Positions 40,063 through 54,036 of a stretch of DNA of 64,000 nt are shown here, one piece after another. Positions within the stretch are counted from its first letter, which is position 1, and every line of letters begins with the position of its first letter. The notes below the pieces were generated by a model. That model saw only the letters and a list, made by a program, of their open reading frames with translations. It searched no databases and was not told the origin of the DNA. The position numbers and the translations under genes were made by a program. The stretch is from Callorhinchus milii (Eukaryota). The stretch lies in contig NW_024704742.1 of assembly GCF_018977255.1 (NCBI RefSeq), positions 49,974,001 through 50,038,000 of the forward strand, read 5' to 3'.

Positions 40063-40620
40063 ATATTTTATATTAAAAAGAATGTATTATGTATATAATG
40101 TCTCAATGTAATCTTGTGATTTTGAGATTTGTTGCACAACTGTAATTAACAATAAGGATTCTATAAACTATGTATCATTATTTACATGTTATAAAAAGAA
40201 AGAATAAAACATTTGGTACATTGAATTCACTTGGCATTTTAAGATGCATTATAAACAGGCTTGTTGTCAGTTTCTGATTTTAATCAGAAATAGTTAGCAT
40301 TCATCAGTTTTTAAAAAAATTTTTTCTTATGTTTTTTATGTTGTGAATAACAAAAATGGCTGACTTTTGGGTCATAGAGTCATTGTAAGTATCACTTCCT
40401 GCATCATTTGCAGATTCACAAGAAATTAAATAACAGGTGCTATCTGTGTATAGCTCACATTCTTTGTCTGCAGGAAGGGTTGTCAGTGGTCACTTTGTGT
40501 TCAGGAAATCAATCATTTTTGTAGCCAAAATAAGTCCAGGAACAAAATGGTAAATTGAATCTCAATATTATTCATCAAAAGTTAAAACATAAAAGCCCAA
40601 AATAGTAACTTTAATTATAA

Positions 40621-40846
40621 GTAGCTCATAGAGCACTCGCCTCGCAAATGGGTGATTGGGTTTGATTCCCAGCATGGCGAAATGTTGGGCAAGTTTCCTT
40701 ATTTCACACACCTCTGTTTACCTAGCAGTAAGTAGGAACCTGGTTGTTAGTTAATTGGTGGATTGCTTTTCTGGGATAATAATTCCTTATAATAAAAATA
40801 ATAAATTGGTCACTCAATCCACGACTGTTTGTGGGATACTGCTATG
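40621..40846 (+). mobile_element. SINE 5' part, long subfamily
   Basis: Head plus internal block; tail missing. Confidence 0.85.
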
Positions 40847-41989
40847 TCAACACAAGTTATTAATTAATGTTTTTTTTAAATACACAAGGCAGAAGAAAGC
40901 TCAGAAACCATTGCAAGCTTCCTGTATAGGGACTTTATTTCTGTCACTTCATATTAACATCAATATATTTTAGTAAGTCATTTTTTGAGTTGGTATTGAG
41001 TTTTCTTCCTGAAAAGCATAACAAATTGTCAGAATGTTCGAAATGGAGCATGGATCTTAAATTATATTTGACAATAGTTGAGAAAAATGTATTCTTCATT
41101 CACCTTCATTGCCTGCACTGATAAAATTAACATTTCATTTATTGCACAAGATCACAAGGTCATGAGTTTGATTCAGATGAAAAAAAATCTTCAGCCCATT
41201 TGATCTGATTTGACCTCTCGACTTTTGATAACAAATAAGTAGATTCAGAATTAATTTTTTTAGGTTAGCCAGGTGTCTGACACACGCAGAAACCCAGCAC
41301 CATGCTTAAGAGTATCCAAACGAAACTGAGAATTTCATGCATCCCACCTATACATTGGAAATTCCAGAGATGTTTATAGGAATGGAATGTGCACTCTCTC
41401 CCTGGAGGGAATGTATCCTGCTTACCTAATTCTGGAGAGTATTATGTGCACGTTAGCAAAAGAGACAAGGCTTGGGAAGTGTGTGTTGGGGTACTACTGG
41501 AATCTAACCAGCTAAAAATATTTGCATTGAGAACAGAGGCTGGCAAGTTTCCCCCCTGCTTGCCCAAATAGGACCTCCTTACCTGTTAGGGCTTTGACTT
41601 GTAGGGTTAGCATGAGCTGAGTGGGAAGGTTGTCTGTCCCCAATAACTAGTCTGCCCTTCCAAGTCCCATTGATGAGCCAGCCAGGCTGTGCTGTCATCA
41701 GTGCCCTGGAGTACTGGGGACCTGCCTGGCTCAGGAACAAGACAACTAAGACCACCACAGAGAATTGGCTGGATTCCGACATTCTGTTGCTAAACATGTC
41801 ACCTTGGAGACAGTTCAGCATCAAGGAGTCCCTGCTTACCTCCCCGCCCCACCGAGGAGGATAGTCACTTTTTGGTAATTTGACAACTGGCCAGTGCGGG
41901 TTTGAGCCCTCACTAGGTGGATGGTAGGTACACATCCGGTGGGCAACACAACTCAGCATGAAATTCCTTATTGCCATGAACAATGCAAG

Positions 41990-43350
41990 TGAGGGCTTGC
42001 TTGACCAATGTTATCAAATCTTTGAAGATGTAACTGATACACTAGGCAACGGAAATGCAGTGGATGTGGTGTATCTGGACTTTCAGAATGCTTTTGATAA
42101 AGTGCCAAGTGAGAGACATGTGAGGACATGAGGAATTGTGGGAGAGGTAGCAGAATGGATTAAAGAATGGTTAGGAAAATTAAAGCAAAGTGTGGGAGTT
42201 AAATATATCTTCTCAAGATGACAAGAGATAGGAAGGGGTGTTCCAACAGGGATCCTTGTTAGAACTGCTACTGTTCACCATATACATAAATAATTTGAAT
42301 TCAGGTATAGGAGGTACGGTGTCAAAATTTGTAGATGACACTAGACTGTGGGGCTTGGTAAATTTATTATGAAGGAGATTTCAGAAGAGTGCAGGAAGGC
42401 ATAAAGAGGCTAGTAGAATGGGCAGAGAGGTGGCAAATGAAGTTTAATGTAGGAAAATATGAAGTAATTCACTTTGGTAGGAATAATAAAGAAACCGTCT
42501 ATAACAATGGTGGCCAACGGGCCAAAAATATGCTGTGTTGGAGTCAAGAAGTGGCTTGTCGAACATTACACTGGTCTCGGTAAGTCTGTGTTAAATCAAT
42601 ATTTTATTTCCATTACTTACTGAGTAAAAATATTTATAGCGTGGCCAGAGATCAAGAAATATTCATCAAGAAAAATATATTTGGTTGGCTGACCAAAAAG
42701 ATTGGCCATCACTGCTCCATAGTCTAGACAGTAGGACCCTAAAATGAGTAGAGGAGTTGGGGATTCAGATTCACCAATCTCTGAAAGTAGCTGCATAGAT
42801 AGATAAGGCTATAAAAAAAAAGTTTGATGGGGTCTTGAGAGGTAGAATATAAAAGTGAGGATTTGATGTTGAGTTTATGCATAACCCTGGTTAGACCACA
42901 TTTGGAATATTATGTCAATTTCTGGCGTCCACACTATAAGAAGGATATGGCAATGATGGAAAGAGTGCAGCATAGGTTTATGAGGATTATATCAGGTTTG
43001 TCAGGTTACTGCTATCAGGATGACTGGATAGGTTAGGACTTTTTTCAGAGGAGAAGAGATGTTTAAGAGGGGCCTAGTAGAAGTGTTTAAAATTATAAAA
43101 GGTTTGTTAAGGTTAACATAAATAAACTGTTCCTGCTGGTTAGGGAGTCCATAACCAGGGAACCCAAAAAAAAATTGCAATTTGGGGATCAAAAAGAGAA
43201 TTTAGGAGGAACTACTTTACGCAGAGGGTAGTGAGGTTGTGGAACTCACTGCCTGAAATGGTGGTTGAATCAGTTAGTGTAGATGCATTCAAGAGGAAGT
43301 TGGACCTTCATATAAGGAAATAGAAAGATATGGGATGGAATAAGGAATAG
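41990..43350 (+). mobile_element. Degraded CR1 LINE (RT to 3' end), interrupted by a MITE
   Basis: Remnants VDVVYLDFQNAFDKVP, EWAERWQMKFNVGKYEVIHFGRNN and TLVRPHLEY; many stops. Confidence 0.85.
42505..42714. mobile_element. Putative hAT-like MITE (210 bp)
   Basis: TIRs CAATGGTGGCCAA / TTGGCCATCACTG (11/13 match); interrupts otherwise colinear CR1 sequence. Confidence 0.65.
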
Positions 43351-43365
43351 GTGAAGTACTCGTGT

Positions 43366-43689
43366 GGAGTCCTGTAGCTCAGTGGTTAGAGCACTCGCTT
43401 TGCAAGTGAGAGACCTGAGTTCAATTCCAGGCACAGGGCGAAACCTTGGGCAAGTTTCCTTACTCCACACAGAGCCTAATAATAATCCCTCCAAAACCAA
43501 AAACAATAATAAATTGGTCATTTTCAATCTACGACTGTTTGTGGGACATTGCTGTGCGCAATTGGCTGCCGCGTTAGCCCACAAATATACAGTCAATTCA
43601 CTTTACAGTGTGTTCTGTGAAGCGCTTTGGGACGTCCTCTCGACGTGAAAAGCGCTATATCAAATGCAAGGATTATTATTATTATTATT
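43366..43689 (+). mobile_element. tRNA-Ala-derived SINE, short subfamily
   Basis: Full-length; closest to the 6855 copy. Confidence 0.93.
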
Positions 43690-44279
43690 AAGGTCCTGGC
43701 TGCCTGTTTAGGCGGGAGTTAAAAATCCTATGGCACTACACAAAAGAGAAGGACATTTCTCCCAGTGTCCTAGGGAACAAATTCCCAGATACAATTGTTT
43801 TTTCACTTCATGGCTGTTTGTCCGACATTGCTGTGTGTAAAGTGGCTGCTGCGTTTGCCTATAAATTTGACACAGTCACTACACTACACAGTAAATCTGT
43901 GAAGCACTTTGAAACATCCTCCTGACGTGAAAGGCACTATACCAACTGTAAGGATAATTCCTGTTTTTCTTTGTTGAGTGACAAAAATACAATAACAATA
44001 ATCCTTGTTTTTGATGTAGTGCCTCATCATATCGTCAAGACGTCTCAAAGCGCTTCACAGAATATATTGCAAAATGGATTGACTGTGTATTTGTGGGCGA
44101 CATAACAACAAGATGTTGCATGATGTACATCATCTAATAAAAGCTACTTTACTACTGTATTTCCCAATTGCCAATAGCTCAAGGCTAACATGACTGACAT
44201 TTGGAAGAAGAACCTATAAACCTAAGATAGATTGGATACTCCAGATTTATTTTCCTTCACTAGGTTGTGAACACTGTAA

Positions 44280-47200
44280 TATCAATTCATATGTTTATTC
44301 AAGAAAATGGCGCTTTCACTTTCCATTCACTGGCATGGGTTTTTGTTTGCTGAAATCTCAGAAAATAAATCTTTCATTAAACATGTATCATTTTTCGTTA
44401 CGCAAAAGAGAGAGAGATCAATATTAATTATTAAATTGGATTTTTTAATACAGGATTTAGCAAAAATGTACATGCATTTAACTTCAAGCACTTAGTGCAA
44501 GGAATTGTAATTAGCAGTTTACAAGGTCTCTTATAATATTGATAAACCCTGATCAAACAAAGCTTCAGTTATAATAGTGCCCATCCATGCAATATTGTTT
44601 ACCTGTTGGGTATTTGACTAAACAATATTGGGTTCAGCAGCTTTAATTCTACACAGAAGCAAGGTTTGCAGGCATCAGTTTGTCAATTACTCACAGTGTA
44701 ACCAGTTAGATTGCAGCAAAAATCACAGTCGCAGAATAAACACACAAAAGTAGACGACATTCAACATTAAGATTGCACATGCATTTGGCACAAAAAATTT
44801 CACAGTTTTGCCTATAATCCAATCCAGATTTTTGTGAAATCACATAGGAAACACTGAGGTTAATGTGTTTCACACCACACAATTACAACAAGAAAACATT
44901 TAGTTATGACTGGGATACAGGGGGGTGCCAAACCATTGTTTTTTGAAGGTACAATAATTATTTAAAAGAGTACAATGATACATTGATTTTTCACATTGCT
45001 GAGAAATGTAATAAAAATAACTGCAGCAAAATGTGCCACTTGAATTAAACTTTATCATGCCCAACTTTGTTTCTCCATCTCAATGAACAGGCTCACCGAT
45101 TTCAGATATATTTTTGTTTGAATGCATTTGGAACCACAATTATAACAGAAACAACTTGCAACCCTAATTCATCTGCTTTTTCATGTCAGCAGAATGTTTT
45201 CTCTCACGTTTACAACGTTTAACAAAGTTTGTTTCCGAAACTCTAATATGAAGATTGTGACATTGTGATGTTGTGCCACAGTCACAGGTTCAGTTGTGTC
45301 CTTTAGTGCACTTGTCAGTATTTGGCACCACAAAGCAGGACATATACAGCTTGACGGTTAAGATCCAACACCTGGGCACATTGTGGAAACACTGCACCTT
45401 GCACCTGTGGATGTAAAAAAAATCCTGCAAAATAGAGAGAAATATAACCCATACAAGCCAAATTTGGCTTGTAGATAACCCATACAAGCCAAATATGTAG
45501 CAGAGGCAAATTCTAGGAAGCCTTATATTTTGTTTGTAGAGATTGAACTTTATTCCACTCCATTCCCTCAATGTAACACACAGCCGTGACAACCATGATA
45601 ACAATGATGATGTTATATTGAATGAACAGAGCAGAACAACCCCCGGTGAGTTTGACGATAGTGAAGACCTAATTATAGAGTTCAATGAGACAGTTATTTA
45701 CTTTTCTGTTAATGCTAATGGATTTCAGGAGAGTATCTGGCTTCATTAAATTCTGGTCATGAGACTAGATTTCATTTATGTTGGTACATATTTTGTATAT
45801 GAAGATGTTGCATGATAATAGAGATTTCTTCTATGTAGAGGGGCAGTTAAAAGTTATTAAATTGAATAATCACACTTCAGTGAATGCAAGCATAAGTTGG
45901 TAGCTATACAGATATCTATCTCCGATTATATAGCTCGTCTGGGAGGTTATTCCACAATCCTTAGAATTCACTGCATTTATGAAGCCTGAAGACCACAAAT
46001 AATAACTTTGAAGTCTGAAATAAGCAAATGTTGATCATTAGCATTAAGAAGATTAAGTATTATGATTGTCAACAGAATCATATACCAATAACAACTCTAA
46101 CAAGACAGACACTCCATATCATAAGCCATAGAAATGTATGCAGGGGATATCACTGTTAATAACAGTGAAATACTAAATAAGTAGATACAAATTCACTTTA
46201 TTTACCACATATATCCTATCTAAATGTCTGTCTTTCAAAGGTTTTGAATGGTTATGATTCTGCAGCCTCTCTCAGTAATGTAGCATTTGAGATCTATAAA
46301 AAAGCAAAAAATATGTTAAAGTGACATTATTTTATGCGATCTCTCTATTAATAAGAGACACCAGCAACATGTGTTACATTAGAAACTATTGGGAGTAAAA
46401 TTGTGTTATGCCAAAAGGCAGTAATATGTTCCTTAATTACCACAAGAAATAATAACATTAAAATGTCATGATCTGCACTTTTGCCAAAACAGAAATGTAA
46501 ATTCAATTGTGTTGTGCGATCAGATTGAATCAATGAAAAATGGGAAGATAAGATAGATATACTGCTGTGCCAGGCACTGTAAACAGCATTAGCTTTCTAT
46601 ATAGCTTAGTTAATAACAAGGCTCATATACTGAAAATAAGCAGTTTAGAAAATTGGATTTGGGCATATTGCACTCTACAGTTTCCATTGACCAGTATGAA
46701 CAGATGTGCAGCTCTACATGTCGGTTGCCTTTAATAAGTCAAAGATCTATTTGAGGAAATCAGAATGGAAAAAGCACTTATCGGCATAAAAACATGATTT
46801 GTGGCTCCCTTTCACAGAAAGGACATGCAGAAGGATACAGTTCAAGGCAAAGGTCAAAGGGAGAGAGAAGGAATAAATCACACAGAATGAAGCTTTGCTA
46901 CAATTTTTTACAATCTACAACAAACTTGATAACTATGGTCACAGTAACATTATGGACATCAGAAATACTAGCCTATGTACAATAAATACTTAACAATATT
47001 TCACATTTGTTTGAGTTATTTTGTTTTCAATGGAATAAAAATAAAGCTCACATTCTGAGTTTGCCCTGTCTTTCTACACATCAATCCAGGCAGCATTTTC
47101 TGAACCTATTAATGAAATGGGGCGTTAGTTGGCTCGTCGCTCACCATGTCCAAACAGTGTGAGATAAAGAGTTCAATTGAGATGTCCAGAAATCATACTG

Positions 47201-50200
47201 CATGAACCACGCAGCTGCCCTGCTGCATACAGTTTTGATCATCACAATATTAAGAGACAGCCCAGACCCTAGAGATGGTGCAGAGGAGAGCAGAGGCTGA
47301 TATCCACAGTTGGAGGGATGAGTCATGAGGAAAGATTAGATAAGTCTTAAAATGCGACAACTCAAAGAGGACCTTACAGATATAAGGTATAAAAGTGGTA
47401 TAAAACTCAGATGGAGAAAGCAAATCCAGAACAAATCTTTCAGATATGCCAAAGCAGCAGAGGAAGAAGTCACATGTTCAGAATCACAAAGGGTAGTTTT
47501 AAATGAGTATTGCCAATGGTACAACAAGCCTTTAATTCATCATTGATGACACAGCAATCAGAGAGTCACAACCAAATGTCGCAAATACCCAACAAATCTG
47601 TTTTGCAAATATTTGGGGTGGTACGCATTGCTATGGTGTTAGTTTCAAATAGGATCTATGAAGAAAAGGTCTTAGCTGTACAATCAACACCCCAAGAACT
47701 TTTAATGGACCATTCCTTAATGTTGTTAAAGTGTCTGACCAAGCTTCCAGCTCCTAATCATTTTACTGCTCAAAACAATATCTTTTCCCTTCAAACAGAT
47801 TGATGGGCATTACTGACTTGTAGCTTTTTGGAATCAATAACTGACTCTGTCTGGAGGACCCAGGATTTGACTTATGTCTCAAGATGTCATTAACATCCTG
47901 AAATTTTCTTAGTAACTCATCACATTGATCTGTTCTTTCAGTTCAACATGATTGTCTATGCATATCTTAAATTAAATATAACAGAGGTCTGACATCTGAT
48001 ATGGTCTTTAACCTTATATTAACCATTGTCTTAAAAAGATTGTGAAAACATTTAGAAAATTCTTACATTTGGTATTATTTTGTTTTTCATCAGTTCTTAA
48101 AAGGATCTGTGGAAAACTGGCTTCCAAATTAAGACTCCATTTAAGAGTTTTCCAAATTTCAATTTGGAAAATTTCAAATTCCAAATTTCTAGCAATCCAA
48201 AATATGAAGACAATTGTTTTAAGGCTATGAAGGTTTTGTTATGAGTTAACATACAGTGTATATCTCTTAAAAGCACTCTGGGACTCTACCCTGCATGAGA
48301 GGTACTATATAAATACAAGTTGTTGTTTTTGTTGTAAATTATAAACTAATTGAACCTGTAGTGTACGTCACCCAATGAAAACAATGGGACACAGCAAATG
48401 ACCGTTCACTTTGTCTCTTGAAACCTACATTTGTTTCCAATGTTCAACAAAGTTGGATCTGATTTGAAGTTTAATATAAATGATTATTAGCAACTGATCT
48501 TCATTTAGTCTCAGACTGAGCAGTATAAAATGTTACAACGAGAAGGCTGATAAATATACCCAAGCATCCTTAATCCTGACAGACATAAAGGTTGTTTGCA
48601 TCTTTTGAAAACCTTGATATTGTATCAGATAAACTCTACAAAGTTATTTCAATTAACACCCAGGTGTTTTTTTTCCTCTCTGTCAGGAATTATATTTATG
48701 GTATTTCACTTTGGCAAAATAAACTTCAGTCCCCACTCTAAAAAATGTGCTTCCACTGTTTTAAAATCAGCTCATTCAAAGGCAGCTCATCTCAGAAAAG
48801 GACTGCAGACCGATGGATACTCTAGGTTTCTCAGTGGTGTGAGTAGACCCAGTTAATTATCCTATTCTATTGTGAGCACCGGTGATAATTATCACAGCAA
48901 TACCCCCCACCTCCCCCATTCCGTCCGTCCCACAATAAGATGAATATACGACTACTATACGGAATCTCGGGTGTGATAAAAACACTGGTGAATAAACATG
49001 AACTGACACCATTTTATAACGATTTTTCTCGTCTTAGTCTTGAGTCTTTTTCATCAAGCATTCCCTCGAAAGCTTTCATTGTCCTCTGACAGCAACATGG
49101 TCAGACAAAGGAAGATGAAAGTTGGGAGGGAAGGAACTGAAGATTCTGGTGATAGACATTCAAATAGTAAAATATAATATTTATTGTATAAAATTCTGAA
49201 GCTTCTTTACTGAATTAGGCTGACATGTCAAAAATCAGTTGCTAATCTTCACTGTTGAAATGTCTCTAATGCTGAATGATTATGAAATAGCAATGATTAT
49301 TTATATTACAGTGTGTTTAGATAATAATGGGATTGTACAAAAGTAACTGAAGGGCGGTATTTTGGTTCAAAGTACAATGTTCGCTCCATTAAAACATATA
49401 TTCTTATGTCCAGACTAATTCTGGTGTGCCCTGTACACTGATAAACACATTATTATTGCTCATTTCCCTTTATTTTAGGCAGATCAGGGATGAACAAAAA
49501 CACTTGCCTCCTTATTAAATGTAAAAGGCAATATCCATTTTGTATGGTATTTTTAGACTTTATTATTTCCTTGAGATTATGCTGGTATTTGCATTTGGCA
49601 TATATATTTTAGTTGTTTTAAAAATCAAATTTTCAGTTTGGATTGCAGTTAAAGCTTTATATGTTACATAGTAGACGGCATACTCCTGGGTTTAGAAGTA
49701 CGAAGAATATAAAGTAGTATCTCATGTTCAAATTTTGCTTTTGTTCCATCTAATTAATGTGTTAGACTGAAGCCATCAACGTCACATTATAAGACCCTGA
49801 TTTAAGATGGATAATGCCTTTATTTTGTACTATGATTTGCTGACCAAAGTCACATTGATGTTAAGTGCACTTAGTCTTTATGGAATACAAGCAAAATCAG
49901 CAAATCACAATAAAAATCAGAAACAAATTTTGATTTTTTTTCAATTAGCTTTTTCGATGAATCATGTCCGTTTCCTTCAACTAGTACTTATATTTTATTA
50001 TAAAAAACACATTATGTCTGCAATTTGCATTATGATATGGTCCTATGAAATTCTTCAGGTTCAAAATGTGCCAAAGGTTAATGGAACTGTATTTTGGGTC
50101 AAATATCCATGTAGGAAGCTACTGAAAACAAATTTAGCACAAGACAAGTATCCTTGCAACTTGAATTACATATGAGAAGGAGAATCAGACACCTGACACC

Positions 50201-50727
50201 AAAATTGGGAAATTAGTGGACAATCAGAGAACCCTCCCTTAGTGTTGTAAATGAGATTAAACATTTATTTCCACAAGGATTGATAAAACGTGATCCTAAT
50301 TTATTCTAGATAACTTGTCTTTATCTCGAAACTGGCTAAAGAACCACGTAGATCTAATGTGTATCAGCTGCATTGGCATATGCCAAAATTTGAGTGTTAA
50401 AATGAATATGCATTTTGTGAAATGTACCAAAGTCTTGAAAAATAGCAATATCTTAAAATGTGCATGATTCATGCATATGGCACAATATTTCAAGTAAAGC
50501 TGAACATTTGGCATTCAGTCACTAAGTTCAAAGATGGACATGATATAAAGCGATCTCTCTTCCGCCCCTCATGTTATTCTCTTTCTGTTGAAACAGAAAA
50601 TGACATGAAATGATTTTGAAATCTTGTAAGTTTTTTTATGCTTTCAGCACAATCAAACCTTGCATAACATGAGTGTTTACCACTGCAGATTTGTGTATCC
50701 TCTTTTTAACCATGCCACTCAGTGCTT
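44280..50727 (-). other. Probable 3' UTR region of the gamma-subunit gene (true end unknown)
   Basis: AT-rich and nearly repeat-free stretch directly after the stop codon. Several minus-strand AATAAA hexamers (+ strand TTTATT, e.g. 49469, 49180, 44294). Confidence 0.4.
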
Positions 50728-51006
50728 TTATAGGTAAAGGTATCCAATCCAATACACAAGATTGAACAGGCCAAAAGCTGTAGGAAAAAATATTCTGGAA
50801 TAGGAATCGATTTTGGCAACACGAATATGTATTCGACCTTGTCTCCAACCCCCTGAGCGGCATTCATCGAAACAGCAGAAGAAGCTGCTGCAGTCCTTTC
50901 CGTCCAAGCACTCGTAGCCATAGTCATCTCTCTGCTCCTGCAAGTGTGCAATGTTGTTCACCTGAATCAATGTTGATCCTGGACCCACATCAATAACAGG
51001 GGATTT
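50728..51006 (-). CDS. GABRG1: GABA-A receptor gamma subunit, last coding exon (279 nt incl. TAA; intracellular loop and M4)
   Basis: Encodes [92 protein letters not shown]. Acceptor TTTGCAG, phase 0. The gamma class is certain; gamma-1 orthology is inferred from PGSTLI, KIDSYSR, AALMEY and GYLYL. Confidence 0.95.
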   Translation of the reverse strand, partial: KSPVIDVGPGSTLIQVNNIAHLQEQRDDYGYECLDGKDCSSFFCCFDECRSGGWRQGRIHIRVAKIDSYSRIFFPTAFGLFNLVYWIGYLYL

Positions 51007-51149
51007 CTGCAAAGACATCACAATAATTCCCATAAACAATCTTGACTTTACAATCACAATTCAATTTCCAGACGGTCAGGAAAATTAGTTATGGGAGATA
51101 TGGGACCACAATCATGTCAGAACATTTCATGATGCAGTGATCACTCATA

Positions 51150-51830
51150 ATCCCCCTCCCATCTTTCCTCAAGGCAATGGATCAAACTGGTGTTCCACAT
51201 GCACCAGGCATCCTCTCGTAATTTGTCCAAGTAGCCATTCTTCATGTCTGAGTTTAAAGATTAAATCCTGGCAGACTGCTTTATTACAAGAGCATCATAT
51301 TCAAGCCATGATCCTATCCTTATCCTACATACCCACAGACTTACTTAATGGCAGGAATCACTGTATATGATCCAGAGCACAAGCCCTATTTGATCTGTTC
51401 TCCCACTTCCCTCGAACACCCGAGCTGATAGCAACATACTCAGGACAGACTTTTTTTGGTCAACCAGATGTTTGACATAGGTGCAAGCCCTATGTCAATG
51501 CTCAAGAATATCCAAACCAGTCCCAGAGTTTCACATTGCCGTACCAAATATGCATGGGAGTTTTCCAATGGAATGCACACTCTCCCTCTTAGAGGGATAC
51601 ACCATCTTAACTAATTCCAGAAAGCATACATACAATGAGAACCAAGGATTCGGGATCCCAGAGTGTGCATTGGGTACTGAGTTATTGAGGCACTGCTGGT
51701 GTTTAACCAGCTAAAACTGCACCACTTGGCATTCAGAGCATTGTCTGTACAGGTTAGCAATTGAATATGAAGCCCTCCAGGTTTGCATGGCTCAGTTCTA
51801 CATAATGTTTTAGCAAATTAGCTATTTGAG
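51150..51830 (-). mobile_element. Degenerate LF-SINE-like element, interrupted by another repeat
   Basis: Minus strand CTCAGACATGAAGAATGGCTACTTGG and ACTGAGCCATGCAAACCTGGA resemble LF-SINE blocks as I recall them; no alignment was run. Confidence 0.4.
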
Positions 51831-51884
51831 GAGCTAGTGGTCTTCATATAAATTTGGAATTGTTTCAGTTGAAAAAAACAGTAC

Positions 51885-52220
51885 TCTCTCCACTCAGCAG
51901 ACTATGGCCTGCTCCATGTTCCCCTCCCAGCTCGCCCCACCATCGGCAGTCAGACCTTCAGGCTCTCTGCCTTCACCCTCTGGAACTCCATCCCACATTA
52001 CCTTTGCCTCGCTCCCTCCTTTGCCTCCTTCAAGGCACACCTCAAGACCCTCCTCTTCAACCATGCCTTCGGCCACCCGCCTACCCTCTCTGCCTTCCAC
52101 CCTCCCTGATCCCAACCCCTCCCACCCCCGCTCGTGTCCTAATCCCTGATTGTTCAGCACTGTGGGACGTCCTTCCGATGTAACAGGCGCTTTGCAAATT
52201 TAATTTTTTATTGTATTGTA
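51885..52220 (+). mobile_element. L2 3' fragment in last intron
   Basis: CTCTGGAACTCCATCCC...CTCAAGACCCTCCTCTTC...GGGACGTCCTTCCGATGT tail. Confidence 0.8.
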
Positions 52221-54036
52221 TTTGGATTTTTTACACAATACAGTACGCCAAACGTTTCATTACTTTTATTTCATTTCAATGATGATCCAAAGTGTTATTG
52301 ACAGCTTTTATTTACACCGAAATTCCCTCACCCAAAACCTCTTTGCAATTTCAGTTTGTCTCATAATCTTATACAAAGGGGTCAAGCAAACCTAATGCCA
52401 TTTTCACAGTAATTGTTAGTTTGTACCCAAAATATCTCTTTTAGCAATATTTTATCATAACAGGAAGATCACAAACCATGTTTACATCATAACATGGTAA
52501 CAGTTTATTCGAGCGCTTTTCTACAAGTAATTCCAAATATGCAAGCATTTAAGGCAATTTAATTAACTGTGTGATCGATGATTTAAAAAAATTCAGGTGA
52601 CCCTGAAGCTCCCCTCATATATTACAAATTAAAATTACTCAAATACCAGGAGGAGTATCTAAACTCAAGTGTAACATGTGTGAACTATATAATAAAAATC
52701 CTTGCATTTTCTATAGCGGTCAACTGTATAATTAAAAATATCTGTATATCTGTTTGTACATGATTAGTCAGTGTGCTATTAGCCCAACTATTAGACCCCA
52801 AAATGCTACCATACATTCTTCAAAAGACGAGGGATTTCTAATGGAGCTTTACAATTGTTTAATAGAGAGTATTGGCTGAAGTGTACTTCACCAGACAATG
52901 TCCACTTTTCTTTCTTTCCTCCCCCAAGTAGCACCTTCTCATTGTTTAATCGCACCTTGGGCAAGAACTAACCAAGGTTTCCTATCCTCAGGCTGGTGAA
53001 TTTGTTGGTCAAAAATGAGATGCTTCAAGTTCCATTTTAAAGATATTTGATGCCGATCCTGTCTGAAAAGAACTGCAAAACCTCAAAGTGAAATAAAGGC
53101 TATAAGATGCTAAATAGCAGGCGGAAATAATATGTCGTTGATTCAGAAATGGAAGGCTATTACATTGCTCACTATTAGTCTCAATGCTTCCAGTTCTGTG
53201 AATTCTGAGCTAAAGCAGAAGGTCTTGTCTATGTGTATTTGGGGTGAAAATATAAACATGATATAGTATACAGTTCCAATCTTGTATTCTGTACAGTCAG
53301 ATTGCATTGCTTTTGTTACTGCTCTAAGATATGATAAACAGTACATTAGAATATACAGCACAGAAACAGGCTATTCAGCCCAACTGGTCTATGCCGGTGT
53401 TTATGCTCCACATGAGCCTCCTCCTGTCCTTCCACAACTAAGCCTTCAAGCACAACCTTCTATTCCTTTCTCCCTCATGTACCTATCTAGCTTTCCCTTA
53501 AATACATCTATGCTATTTGCCTCAACAACTCCTTGTGGTAGCATGTTCCACATTCCCACTACTCTTCGTGTGAAGAAATTTCTTCTAACTTCCCTATTGG
53601 ATCTATTTGTGACTATTTTATATTGATGGCTCCTGGTTTTGGTCTCCCCCACAAGTGGAAACACCTTCCCTATGTCTACCCTATCAAAACCTTTCATAAT
53701 TGTAAAGACTTCTATCAAGTCACCCCTTATCCTCCTCTTTTCAAGAGAAAAGAGTCCAAGCATGTTCAGCCTTTCCTGATAGGTATAACCTCTCAGTTCT
53801 GGGATCATCCTTGTGAATCTCCTTTGCACCCTCCCCAGTGCCTCTACATCTCTTCTATAATGTGGGGACCAGAACTGCACACAGTATTTTAAGTGTGGTC
53901 TAACTAAAGTTCTATAGCAGTTGACCATAACTTCCCTGCTTTTCATTTCTACCCCTCTAGAAATGAGCCCCGATGTCTGGTTTGCCTTTTTTATGGCCTT
54001 ATTAATCTGCGTTGCTACTTTTAGTGAAATGTGTAT

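Noticed and set aside
52815..52837. Gamma-2L-like microexon in the last intron (TAG|AAATCCCTCGTCTTTTGAAGAAT|GTATGG on the minus strand)
   Set aside because: It is 23 nt (frameshifting), has an in-frame TGA and a poor pyrimidine tract, and does not resemble LLRMFSFK. I found no convincing 24-nt microexon by eye.
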